Origin: Phyllobates terribilis
Lineage: Eukaryota
Reading direction: 5' to 3'
NCBI RefSeq assembly: GCF_046119375.1
Contig: NW_027362769.1
Location: 292,702,001-292,766,000, forward strand
DNA: 64,000 nucleotides
Shown: positions 1-12,802 of the stretch, one piece after another
Layout: each line of letters opens with the position of its first letter
How positions within the stretch are numbered: position 1 is the first letter of the stretch
Translations under genes and position numbers: made by a program
Notes under the pieces: generated by a model
The model's input: only the letters and a program-made list of their open reading frames with translations
Databases searched by the model: none
What the model was told of the DNA's origin: nothing

Positions 1-1692
1 CACAGAGTTTCTCAAAGAAGCGGTGATGTTATGTGCGACATGCTGGTGGAGCGCAGGCACACCTTTCTTTGAGAAGTAGTGCCGACTGGGCATCTGGTAC
101 TGGGGCACTGCGACGGACATAAGGTCTCGAAAATCCTCTGTGTCCACCAGGCGGAAAGGCAGCATTTCTGTAGCCAAGAGCTTGCAGATGGTGAAATTCA
201 ACCTCTTAGCTTTCTCATGGCTAGGAGGAAATGGTCTTTTACTTGTCCACATCTGAGGGACCAAGGGCTGGCTATTGTGCTTAGACGGGGTTGATAAGGG
301 TGTCCCCGGCAAACTGCCGGTCTGTGAGGAAGATGCAGGCGGACATGTTAGGTTGCCTTGATCCAAAGGTGGTGCTATCGATGTCGGACAGCGCTCAACA
401 CCAGCTGGTGTTACCACCTCCAAAGAAAATGATGACCTGCCAATCACGCTGGCTGTTGCGGGTAAAGAGGTGGCAGGTCTGCGCCCCAAAACAGGTGTGA
501 CTGCTGTCCCCCCAGTCACAGAGGATGAAGAGGCCGCGGATGCACAAGATATGGCAGACGGTGGTTGGCCCGGCCGGCTAAGCCGCATTGTAGCACACTG
601 AGCTTCCCACTGCAACTTATGCTTCATGTCCATGTGCCGGTTCATGCATGAAGTACTCAAACTATGTATTTTTTGGCCTCTACTTAGCTTTTGCTGACAA
701 ATGTTACAGATAACACGAGTTGGGTCATCTTTATCGATCTGAAAAAATGCCCAGGCTATGCAAGGCTTAGCACCCATGCGACCTGAAGAGCCACCACGAC
801 TTGTGGTGAGAGGCAGAGTTGTGTTTGAGGATGCAGTTGTTGACGTGCTTCCAGTACTACGTCTCTGTCCAGGAAGGCGCAACCTGACCTCGTTGTCACT
901 AGCATCTTCCTCCACCTCCTCTGCTGACCTCATCTCTTGGCTGACTGTGGGTTGACAGTAAGTGGGATCTCCGACCTCATCATCATCACCCTGTGTGTTA
1001 TCACACCCGTCGTCCTCAGAGCCAACCTGTTCCTGCCCTGACAAAAAACTAAAGTTGTCGCTCCAATCAGGTATTTGAATCTTATCATCGTCTTCCTCAT
1101 TGTCTCCACCAACAGGAGTTACAGTTTGGGAATGAGGGTCTACATTATGGTCAGAACCTTCTGCGTCTGGTCCTGGATCCGACTCATAAAGATTCTGGGC
1201 ATCAGTGCAGATCATTTCCTCGTCTGGATTCACAGAAGCGCTGGAGTCGACCTCTGATTCCCAGGCTATAGTATGAGTAAACAGCTCTGCAGACTCAACC
1301 ATCTGTTCTACCTCATACTCAGACGGGCAGCTGGAGATTTGGGAGCTGTGAGGAAGCAAGTGCGATTTGGGTGACACCTTTGAGGACTGGAGTATTTGTG
1401 ATGTTGAAGTTGATGTGGAGGAGAGCCCACTTAAAGGAGCACTTGATATCCGTTGAAGCACCTGCTGTTTTTGTGCCTCATCTGGAATTTGTAGCGATTG
1501 GCGTGGCCGTAAGAAAGGGATCTTATCACATTGTCCGCTAAAAGAAGTAGACATTTTAGTTTGGCTGGAAGATGGTCTTTCTTCTGCAGATGTTACTGTT
1601 GCTTTAACACCTACCCCACGGACACAAATTTTTTTCCCCTTCCCAACACGCCTATTCCCCTTTCCACCAGCAGCAGGCCTTTTTCCACTCAT
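1..1692 (-). pseudogene. hAT transposase N-terminal part (BED zinc finger to first catalytic region), disrupted
   Basis: Paralogous to the 717-aa minus-strand ORF at 16007-18160. The ORF track shows no long minus-strand ORF here, so indels have broken the frame. Start ATG at 1692 corresponds to 18323. Confidence 0.85.
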
Positions 1693-1808
1693 TTTGGTGG
1701 TTAACTAATTCACAACTCTGGAGTTGTTTGCACAAAAAAACAATGGATGGTAACCGAGCAGAGCTGCGTGGCCAAACTGTGGTATTAGGCCAAAACTATT
1801 GGCTGGGT

Positions 1809-3642
1809 TAGATGCAGAAAAAAATTATTTTGAATTTGCAACCTGATGGAGGTCAGTATAGATGGATTAATAGAACAAGACCCACACACAGCTAGAAGCC
1901 CAATATTTTTTCAGAGGTAGATGCAGGAAAAAAATATATTCAGTTTGCAACCTGATGGAGGTCAGTATAGATGGACTAATACAACAAGTCCCACACACAG
2001 CTAGAAGCCCAAATATTTTTTCAGAGGTACTGTAGATGCAGATAAAAATTAGTTTTAATTTGCAACCTGATGGAGGTCAGTATAGATGGACTAATAGAGA
2101 AAGTCCGACACACTACTAGAAGGCCAAATATTTTTTCAGAGGTAGATGCAGAAAAAAATATATTCAGTTTGCAACCTGATGGAGGTCAGTATAGATGGAC
2201 TAATAGAGAAAGTCCGACACACTACTAGAAGGCCAAATATTTTTTCAGAGCTAGATGCAGAAAAAAATTATATTCAGTTTGCAACCTGATGGAGGTCAGT
2301 ATAGATGGATTAATAGAACAAGACCCACACACAGCTAGAAGCCCAATATTTTTTCAGAGGTAGATGCAGAAAAAAATATATTCAGTTTGCAACCTGATGG
2401 AGGTCAGTATAGATGGACTAATACAACAAGTCCCACACACAGCTAGAAGCCCAATATTTTTTCAGAGGTAGATGCAGAAAAAAATATATTCAGTTTGCAA
2501 CCTGATGGAGGTCAGTATAGATGGACTAATACAACAAGTCCCACACACAGCTAGAAGCCCAAATATTTTTTCAGAGGTACTGTAGATGCAGATAAAAATT
2601 AGTTTTAATTTGCAACCTGATGGAGGTCAGTATAGATGGACTAATAGAGAAAGTCCGACACACTACTAGAAGGCCAAATATTTTTTCAGAGCTAGATGCA
2701 GAAAAAAATTATATTCAGTTTGCAACCTGATGGAGGTCAGTATAGATGGACTAATAGAGAAAGTCCGACACACTACTAGAAGGCCAAATATTTTTTCAGA
2801 GCTAGATGCAGAAAAAAATTATATTCAGTTTGCAACCTGATGGAGGTCAGTATAGATGGATTAATAGAACAAGACCCACACACAGCTAGAAGCCCAATAT
2901 TTTTTCAGTGGTAGATGCAGAAAAAAATATATTCAGTTTGCAACCTGATGGAGGTCAGTATAGATGGACTAATGCAACAAGTCCCACACACAGCTAGAAG
3001 CCCAATATTTTTTCAGAGGTAGATGCAGAAAAAAATATATTCAGTTTGCAACCTGATGGAGGTCAGTATAGATGGACTAATACAACAAGTCCCACACACA
3101 GCTAGAAGCCCAAATATTTTTTCAGAGGTACTGTAGATGCAGATAAAAATTAGTTTTAATTTGCAACCTGATGGAGGTCAGTATAGATGGACTAATAGAG
3201 AAAGTCCGACACACTACTAGAAGGCCAAATATTTTTTCAGAGCTAGATGCAGAAAAAAATTATATTCAGTTTGCAACCTGATGGAGGTCAGTATAGATGG
3301 ACTAATAGAGAAAGTCCGACACACTACTAGAAGGCCAAATATTTTTTCAGAGCTAGATGCAGAAAAAAATTATATTCAGTTTGCAACCTGATGGAGGTCA
3401 GTATAGATGGATTAATAGAACAAGACCCACACACAGCTAGAAGCCCAATATTTTTTCAGAGGTAGATGCAGAAAAAAATATATTCAGTTTGCAACCTGAT
3501 GGAGGTCAGTATAGACGGACTAATACAACAAGTCCCACACACAGGTAGAAGCCCAAATATTTTTTCAGAGGTACTGTAGATGCAGATAAAAATTAGTTTT
3601 AATTTGCAACCTGATGGAGGTCAGTATAGATGGACTAATAGA
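1809..3642. repeat. ~110-bp tandem array (about 16-17 units) in the 5' region of hAT copy A
   Basis: Unit gcaacctgatggaggtcagtatagatggactaata...tagatgcagaaaaaaatatattcagttt, counted at 109-110 bp. Confidence 0.95.
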
Positions 3643-5057
3643 ATGATGCTATGCCCAAAAGATTTTACTTCACTAGGTGCAGTAAAAAAATTGGTATTCT
3701 ATACACAGGTGGTATATCTTGCAACACAGATAGGCTACTCCACTGACTAACACACTCTGCAATAGGCCAAAAAGGATTAGCTTTGCTAGATTCAGCCAAA
3801 TGCTGTGAAAAAAACTTGCACAGCACTGGCACAGACCTGCCTGGCAAAAACTGATAGGAACTGATGTAACCTAGTCCTGAAAAGGACTCCAATTACAATT
3901 AGTCTTTACTCCCACAACCTATCTTTTTAAGAGCACAGACCTCCCTGATAAAAGTCGTAGGAAATGCTGTAACCTAGTCCTTAAAAGGACTGCAATCACA
4001 ACTATTCCCTACTCCCAAGCTATCTGTATATTTGTGCGAAAATTGGCTTGAAATTAACAAGGTATAGCGCACACAGCAACAGCGGTGCCGTCTAACACGC
4101 AGCTGCAGCAGTGAGAAAATGGTGGCGACGGGGAAAATGGCTTGGTCTTATAGGGCAAGGACATGTGACATACACTGCCAATGACACATGCCCTTGCTTG
4201 TGTGAAAAAAAGCACTTCGCTCCGTGTGTGCGCTGCTGATAGGCTGACAGATTGCACCTCCCCACTGCAAATGCGGGAAAGAGAAAAAAAAATGGAGATC
4301 TTCATTGTTCCTGCAGAGATCCATCCCCTGCCCCTCCCCCCACCCCGCTGTACACTCAAACTGCGTATTAACATTAATTTTCATCATTACTGAGAAAAAA
4401 TCCAGTTATGATTTTGGTGCACGAACAGTTATCGAACATAACCTCGAACAGCCGAATTTTTCTCAAATTGTTCGTGTTCGCCGAACGGCTCGAACACCGC
4501 CCAAAACAGCTCAAATTTGAGATTGGCGAACAGTTCGAGTAGAACAACGCTCATCTCTAGTTATTATATTAGATACAATATCCTTGTCAAGGGTATGCAA
4601 ATCCACTAGGGCCCACATTTTTGATCCCAAAATATCTTTTCACATAAATTCCCATATAGGATTATCCAGGCATCTCTGCCAAGTTAATCAACTATGACAA
4701 GAGAGCTGGGACAGTCAGCTCCTCTTAATTGCGATTTATATGACATTAATGTATCACTTCCAGTAAGAACTTAAACATGGGAGCTCAATTTAGTTTTACA
4801 AAATAAGAAAATTACGTTCTCCAATCTTATAACCAATCACTAAGACAGTAGTAGTTAATACTGAAAAGTTAATGCTATAGAATGTTTGCCGCTGTCAGCT
4901 TCATTATATTTTTAACTTTCCCTTCAGGCTATATTAGGAGGTAGATGGTAAGAGTTTGGATGTCAATGATTAAGATATTAAAGATTACAATTTGAGTTAT
5001 AAAAAAATTCTACGAAAATTTTCCAAACAAAAATTTTTGGAGGGAATTTTTGCTTAA

Positions 5058-8000
5058 CCACTTCGCGCCAGAGCCTGTTTTTGCCTTCGTGACCGGGCCA
5101 ATTTTTTCAATTCTGACCACTGTCACTTTATGAAGTAATTACTCTGGAACGCTTCAACGTATTCCCCTGATTCTGAGACTGTTTTTTCATGACATATTGT
5201 ACTTCATGATAGTGGTAAAATTTCTTCCATATAACTTGCGTTTATTTGTGAAAAAATCGGAAATTTGGCGAAAATTTAGAAAATTTTGCAATTTTCAAAC
5301 TTTGAATTTTCATGCCCTTAAATCATAGAGATATGTCACACAAAATAGTTAATAAATAACATTTCCCACATGTCTACTTTACATCAGCACAACTTTGGAA
5401 CCAAAATTTTTTTTTGTTAGGGAGCTATAAGGGTTAAAAGTTGACCAGCGATTTCTCATTTTTCCAACAAAATTTACAAAAACATTTTTTTAGGGACCAC
5501 ATCATATTTGAAGTCACTTTGAGGGGTCTTTATGACAGAAAATACCCAAAAGTGACACCATTCTAAAAACTGCACCCCTCAAGGTGCTCAAAACCACATT
5601 CAAGAACTTTATTAACCCTTCAGGTGCTTCACAGGAATTTTTGGAATGTGGAAAAAAAAAATTAACATTTAACTTTTTTCACAAAAATGTTACTTTAGAC
5701 CCAATTTTTTTTATTTTCACAGGGGTAACAGGAAAAAATGGACCCCAAATTTTTTTGTGCAATTTCTCTTGAGCGTGCTGATACCCCATATGTGAGGGAA
5801 AACCACTGTTTGGGCGCACTGCAGGGTTCGGAAGGGAAGGAGCGCCATTAGACTTTTTGAATGTAAAATTTGTCTGAATAATTAGCAGACGCCATGTTGC
5901 GTTTGGAGAGCTCCTGATGTGCCTAAACAGTGGAAACCCCCCACAAGTGACACCATTTTGGAAACTAGACCCCTTAGGGAACTTATCTAGATGTGTGGTG
6001 AGCACCTTGAACCCCAAGGTGCTTCACAGAAGTTTATAATATTGAGCTGTAAAAATAAAATTTTCACATTTTTCCCACAAAACCGTTTTTCATCCCTTAA
6101 TTTTGCATTATCATAAGGGTAATAGGATAAATGGCACCATGAAATTTGTTGTGCAATTTCTCCTGAACACGCTGATACCCCATATGTGGAGGCAAATTAC
6201 TGTTTGGGCGCATGGCAGGGTTTGAAAGGGAAGGAGCGCCATTTGACTTTTTGAATGTAAAATTTGTTTGAATAATTAGCAGACGCCATGTCGCATTTGG
6301 GGAGCCCCTAATGTGACTAAACAGTGGAAACCCCCCACAAGTGCCACCATTTTGGAAACTAGACCCCTTAGGGAACTTATCTAGATGTGTGGTGAGCACC
6401 TCGCACCCCCAGCTGCTTCACAGAAGTTTATAATATTGAGCCGTGAAAATAAAATTTTCACATTTTTCCCACAAAAAATATTTTTCATTCTCTAATTTTG
6501 TATTATCATAAGGGTAACAGGATAAATTGCACCATGAAGTTTGTTGTGCAATTTCTCCTGAACACGCCGATACCCCATATGTGAGGGAAAACCACTGTTT
6601 GGGCGCACGGCAGGGTTTGAAAGGGAAGGAGCGCCATTTGACTTTTTGAATGTAAAATTTGTTTGAATAATTAGTGGACGCCATGTCACATTTGTGGAGC
6701 CCCTAATGTGTCTAAACAGCGGAAACCCCCCACAAGTGCCACCATTTTGGAAACTAGACCCCTTAGGGAACTTATCTAGATGTGTGGTGAGCACCTTGCA
6801 CCCCCAGCTGCTTCACAGAAGTTTATAATATTGAGCCGTGAAAATAAAATTTTCACATTTTTCCCATAAAAAATGTTTTTCATACCCTAATTTTGCATTA
6901 TCATAAGGATAACCGGAGAAATTGCACCATGAAATTTGTTGTACAATTTCTCCTGAGTACGCCGATACCCCATATGTGGGGGAAAACCACTGCTTTGGTG
7001 TACGGCAGGGTTCGGAAGAGAAAGGAGCGCTATGTTGGCTGGGATAGGCAGCAGACACCATGTCACATTTGAAGAGTCGCTGACATGCCAAAACAGCAGA
7101 AACCTCCACAAATGACCCCATTTTGTAAACTACACCTCTCAAGGAATTCATCTAGGGAAGTAGTGAGTATTTTTTAATTTTTAAATTTATACCATTGGGC
7201 AGTGAAAAAATCATAATTATATTTTTACCACAAAAAAATGTTTTACCCTCAGATTTTACATTTTCACACAGGACAATGGGTAAAAATGGTGCCGAAATGT
7301 GTCACACAATTTCTTCTAAAAGTGTCAATACCCCATATGTGGCTGTATCGTACCGCTTAGCCATACGGCGAGATCTGGGGGGGACGGAGTGCTATTTGAC
7401 AATTGGAGAACAAATTATTGTAGAATAGGCATTTGGATTTGGGAGCACAAAATTTTCTGAATTTCTTTTGGGGGGCAAGGGTCATTTTGCTTTTCCAGAG
7501 CCTTTCTGCTACCAGTAACTTGGAAGTCCCTTATATTTTTAACAGATGACGGACCTGAGTGGGGACTAGCTTTTTTTGAGGACTGAGTTGAAGCTTTTAT
7601 TGGGAACATTTTACGTAACATTTATCCGGCGCTCTAGGCTGAGCACTTACATCGGGGTTTCCATCTAAATTTCCAAGTGATGTAATTCAGATGAAACCCC
7701 TGCAGGATCCATTCACTGTAATGAGGCAGCAGAGTTACTCTGGACACCGTCTGGCCTCTGTGTAGCGGTGTCCTTTTTTTCAGAAGTGCACAAAACTGTG
7801 GCCAACCGCACTTTTATGCACGCCTAAAACAAATGACACCGTGGGATCCCAGGCTAGACGGCGTCCACAGTGGCCTATATCTGTCTCATTACAGGGAATC
7901 TTCCGTCATGGGTTCCGGCTGAATCATGTATTTCAGAGATTTACACGGAAACTCTGGTGTAAGTGCTCAGCGCAGAGCACAGGATAAATGTGGGCAGAGC

Positions 8001-9507
8001 CTTACTGGGATCTTTGGGGACATAATAAACAAATCAGTAGCAGGTGAAGAATTGGTTTTATTTATTTTTTACGCCGTTCCTAGTGTGATATAACTGATTA
8101 GATTACTTTATTCTTCGGGTCGGTGCGATTACAGAGATATCAGATTTATATCGGGTTTTTATGACTGACAGCTGTCACACACTAAAAGACGCTTTTTTTG
8201 CAAAATCTAGTTTTTGCATCACCATATTTTGAGAGCTATAATTTTTCCATATTTCGGCCGACAGAGTCATCTGATGGCTTGTTTTTTGCGGGACGAGTTG
8301 ACATTTTTATTGGTACCATTTTTGGGGACGTGACATTTTTTGATCGCTTTCTATTTCGTTTTTTGGGAGGTAAAATTAACAAAAACAAACAATTCAGGAA
8401 TTGTTTTTTGAGTTTTTTTTTTATGCCGTTCTGCGTGTGGTAAAAGTGATCAGGCAGCGTTATTCTTCGGGTCAGTACGTTTACAGCGATACTACACTTA
8501 CTGTATTTTTTTTATGTTTTGGCGCTTTTACACAATAAAACTATTTTATAGAAAAAAATATTTTTTTTGCATTGCTTTATTCTGAGCTCTATAACTTTTT
8601 TATTTTTCAGCTGATGGAGCTGTATGGCGGCTTTTTTTTTGCGTAACAAGATGACGTTTTCAGTGGTACCATTTTTATTTCTATTTTGTTTTTTGATCGC
8701 ATTTTTTTCCACTTTTTGTTTGGCAATATGATGAAAAAGCATATTTTTTTGCTCCGTTTTTTATTTATTTTTATTACGGTGTGCACAGAAGGAGTTAATT
8801 AGTGTGACAGTTTTATAGCTCGGGTTGTTTCGGACGTGGCGATACCAAATATGTGTACTTTTTTTGGTTTTGTAAAAATATACGGATTTATTGGTTTAAT
8901 ATTTTATTTATTTATTTTTATTTATTTTGTGATTGTTTTATTAATAGTTTAAAAACTTTTTTTTTACTTTTTTTCACATTTTTTCTTAGTCCCTGTATGG
9001 GACATTAATTTTTATTTTTCTGATCTCTGATCTCATGTAATGTAATAGACATATATTACATTACATGAGATCTTCCCTGACTGTTTCAGTCAGAGTCTCC
9101 TGTCTGGCTACAGCTGCAGCTGAGCCAGACAGGACACCATATATGGCAGAGCTGGAGGCGGTCATGTGACCTCCAGCTGCCATAGCAACCCCAGGTCCTG
9201 GAAGGACTCGGAGGTCTTCGGAGAGGTAAGTTGACGACCCCCTCTCCTCCTGCTGTCTCCTATATGCCGCGATCACTATAGATCACAGCATATAGAAGAC
9301 AGCTAAGGGTTAACATCACTGGGACCTGATCTAATCAGGTCCCGATGATGTTCCCTGTCAGAGCTAACGCTCTGCACCGGAATCGCAGCGCTTGCAGGAC
9401 CCTGGGGGTCCTGAGCGCTGCGAGACCACCCACCGTTTTTAAACGTCGGCGCTGCACAGAGCCCGGCAAGCGCCGACGTTTATCTACAGTGGGCGGTCGG
9501 GAACCGG
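5058..9507. mobile_element. Non-autonomous piggyBac-like element with TTAA target site
   Basis: TTAA at 5054-5057 and 9508-9511. Imperfect inverted termini ccacttcgcgcc / ccggttcccgacc. No transposase ORF. Related sequence occurs near 31000-32330. Confidence 0.7.
5640..7170. repeat. ~395-bp tandem repeat (about 4 units) inside the piggyBac-like element
   Basis: Anchor gataccccatatgtg at 5780, 6174, 6569 and 6964 (spacing 394-395). Outer limits approximate. Confidence 0.9.
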
Positions 9508-10530
9508 TTAATATACTATTAAGTCTTGTTAGTATACAATGGTGTGAAAAAGTGTTTGCCCCCTTCCTGATTTCTTACTCTTTTGCATATTTGTCACACT
9601 TAAATGTTTCAGATCACAAAACAAATTTAAATATTAGACAAAGACAACACAAGTAAACACAAAACACAGTTTTTAAATGAAGGTCTTTATTATTAAGGGA
9701 AAAAGAAATCCAAACCTGCAGGGCACTGAGTGAAAAATTGATTGTCCCCTAAACGTAATAACTGGTTGGGCCACCCATAGCAGCAACAACTGCAATCAAG
9801 CATTTGCAACAACTGGCAATGAGTCTTACAACGCTCTGGAGGAATTTTGGCCCACTTACCTTTGCAAAATTGCTGTAATTCAGCCACATTGGAGGGTTTA
9901 TGAGCATAACAATCTTTTTTAAGGTCATGTCACAGCATCTCAATTGGATTAAGGTCAGGACTTTAACTAGGCAGCTCCAAAGTCTTAATTTTGTTTTTCT
10001 TAAGCCATTCAGAGGTGGACTTGCTGGTAGTGTTGAGCCACCCCCGTAGTGTTCGAGTTCGGTTCGGTTCGTCGAACACCCGTGTGTTCGCCAAACTGTT
10101 CGTCGAACTGTTCGTTGAACACCTTCGAACACCGTTAAAACCAATGGCAGGCAAACAAAAACAAGAAACACATAGAAAACACCTTCAAAGGTGTCCAAAA
10201 GCTGACAAACTGCTCAGAAGACACAACTAACACATGGAAAAGTGACAAGTACATATAGTCATGCGAAAAGAAAAGAGGTGGAGGAGTAAAAGGAGGGGGA
10301 GACACAGATATAGGCATGTCATGCCCTTCTAAAATCCAAAAAGTGAGAAGCCGACACGTTCAGTCCGCTCCTGCCCGTGCCACCTCCGTGTCGCCGGGTT
10401 TGTGCCAGAGCCGCGGTGAACCCTGACGGCCAGCCCCCCTCTCCCAATACTGGTGCCTGTCCGCTGGTGGGTCGAGCGAGCCCCCCTGTGGTGGAGGCAG
10501 CTCTAAGCTTTTTAATTTAAATTGTCTCTC

Positions 10531-10795
10531 TAATTTGAATGAATACACTTTAAATCCATTTACAAGGATCTATTGGAGGGCAAGTCTCATGCCAGCAGCC
10601 GCGTAATTCCAGCTCCAATAGCGTCCACTAAAGCTGCTGCAGTTAAAAAGCTTTTATAAGGATCGATCTCGGCTGTCCACCGCAAGGCATCCTACTGCCA
10701 GTCCCAGCCCCTATGCCTTGGGGTGCCTCCTGATGCTCTTCACTGAGTATCCCGTGGTCCCGAAGCATTTCCTTTGAAAAAATTAAGTGTCCAAA
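10531..10795 (+). rRNA. 18S rRNA pseudogene fragment (~265 bp, degenerate)
   Basis: Contains ttggagggcaagtct..gccagcagccgcg-taattccagctccaatagcgt..aaag.tgctgcagttaaaaagc, matching the universal 18S block, followed by gtcccagcccct...gatgctctt.actgagt.tccc..cccgaagc.ttt.ctttgaaaaaatta of the V4 region. Many substitutions, so not a functional gene. Recognised from memory of 18S sequence, not by alignment. Confidence 0.9.
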
Positions 10796-11066
10796 CTACA
10801 GGTGGTGTAGCTTACTTAACAGCCGGGATAATCCACTGACTAGCAGACACTGCTACTAGGCACAAAGTATTTCCTGGGCTAGATGCAGTTAAAAATTTGT
10901 AATTAGATATTCTCGTTGGATGCTGAGAAAGCATTCCATAGAGTCTCCTGGCACGCCATATATGATTCTCTTAAAAATCTTGAGGTAGGGGTCTAGGGGA
11001 CCCTTTTATAGCCAAAATCACGGCCCTGTATCACAATACGTCACCTAGGCTGAAGATAAATGGAAC

Positions 11067-12270
11067 TGTAGCACCCTGAGGGCTCGGTTGCTACAGAGGT
11101 ATTGCACCTCACCCAGAGGTGTGATATCTCACTCTCAGGTAAGGATGGAGTGTGGATCAGGACCCGACACCTGCATGCATTACAACACATTGCCGTGGGG
11201 CAGGGCGACCAATATGCCTCTGAGATGGGCACGACAGTCCCTGTCCCTGGCTGGAGTTGGGGGAGGGAACACTGAGGAAGGGGAACCCTGTAGTGCAGGA
11301 GCAGGGAGGAAGCAGTTCCTGGGTGCATTGAGAAGGGAGTATAAAAGGTGGGCACCATCTTAGTTCAGTGCAGAGAAGTCTGAGCAGAAGTGGCAGGGAG
11401 CAGGGGCTCTGCATGAGCTCTGCTCCGGAGGCGGGCCTAGTAACAGAGGCCTAGGCCTGGAAGAGGGAGAAGGAAGGAAGAGGAGCGGAGAAGGCTCCAG
11501 GAACGAGGAATGAAGGGATCCCAGGGGTGCGGACGGGCGAGTCGCCACCACACGCCCGAATCCACCTGCGTGGAGGGGTCAGGCCAAAGGGGGAGACCGG
11601 TCCCCGAAACTAGTGGAGGCAGGAAACGACCCTCAGCTAGAAACCGGAGGCTGTGACATTTTATGTGGCGCAGCCCCTCGCTACACCCGCTAGGAAGGCA
11701 CCACATAGGGTCAGGGAAACTGGCGCCAAGTTTACCAAGAGGAGGCCCGAGGCAGCCGGACAGAAGGGTTGGTAAGAAAGGCCAGACAAAGGACACACAA
11801 AGGGGGTCCTGTGAAGCGCTCCAAAGTTATCTGGGAGTTGTCTGAGCCCCTCACCTGGTGAGCACAGTACGACGTGGGCAGCCGTTACCTGCAGACGTGG
11901 TCTGGATAATAAGAACTGTGAGAAAAGGCCCTGGACTGCATCACTGACTCCGTGTCGTTACTGCTGCTGCCCTGCACCATCACCCCCATCCTCCGCATAC
12001 ACTGCCCTGAGGCTATACTCCTCCCGTGGGGAGTTATACAATGCTCTGCTGCACCCACAACACCAGCCTCAGCGGTCTGCCCTGCAGCGGCGGTTCACTC
12101 TGACCGCAATCCACGGGTGGCGTAGTCGGACATTTAAACATCATAACCACAAAAATAGTTCCGCCACTGGTTTGACCACCCTGAGCCACGGAACCGGGTC
12201 GCCGCCACGAAGACTACAACCACCAGCATCCACCAAAAAGGGTCCGGCTCCGGGTGTCCCAAGGCCCAGG
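11067..12270 (+). mobile_element. Probable LTR fragment, truncated
   Basis: Starts TGTAGC, has a TATAAAA at about 11340, and tggcgtagtcgg (12118-12129) is complementary to the tRNA-Ser 3' end. No LTR terminus or TSD found; it fuses abruptly to L1 sequence. Confidence 0.5.
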
Positions 12271-12731
12271 GGGTGGATCAGAACATTTTCATCACCTTTC
12301 ACAATCACCAATGGGACAAGGCAGGGATGTCCTCTGTCCCCTCTCTTATACATCCTAGTGACGGAGCACCTGCTCTCATCAATTCGCCATAACCCCAATA
12401 TTAGGTGGATTGAGGTGGGAGGCACCGAGTACAAGTGCTCTCTATTTGCTGATGATGTCCTAGTATATATCACTCAATCACATATATCCATCCCTGCTGT
12501 TATGGCTGAAATAGATCACTTTGTTACATGGTCAAATTTTAAAATCAATGCAGCGAAGTCTGAGGCCCTCGATGTCTCCCTCCCCAAATCCATATAGGAT
12601 TCCATCCAGTCCAACTTTCCCTTTGCCTGGCCCTCACAGGGTATCAAATACTTAGGAATTCCTATTCACAGAGACCTCTCCCATCTATGTTATCTTAATT
12701 TTGAGCCCTTTATTGAACAACTCCATACAGA
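12271..12731 (+). pseudogene. LINE-1 ORF2 reverse transcriptase fragment
   Basis: Translation includes NGTRQGCPLSPLL and CSLFADD, and after a stop continues with IKYLG, all typical of L1 RT. Both ends are abrupt and there is no poly(A). Confidence 0.9.
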
Positions 12732-12802
12732 CCACGGTTGGCAAGTTAGAACTGTAAGATTCACTACGTGAACCACTGGTGTTTTGTGGAAAAGCACATG
12801 TA

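Larger units (their letters stand above)
1..4559 (-). mobile_element. hAT DNA transposon, copy A (5' half; continues beyond window start)
   Basis: Near-identical to 16634-21954; identical ORF translations at 79/16712 and 291/16924. Ends in the TIR ...cgctcatctcta (reverse complement TAGAGATGAGCG) at 4559, preceded by GTTCG/CGAAC subterminal motifs. Confidence 0.92.

Noticed and set aside
7621-8000. Possible small MITE with ~30-bp inverted arms inside the piggyBac-like element
   Set aside because: The arms are imperfect, the left terminus appears missing and no TSD could be assigned.
10531-10795. Functional rRNA gene or rDNA array
   Set aside because: Only about 265 bp, with substitutions and indels in universally conserved positions and no flanking rDNA unit.
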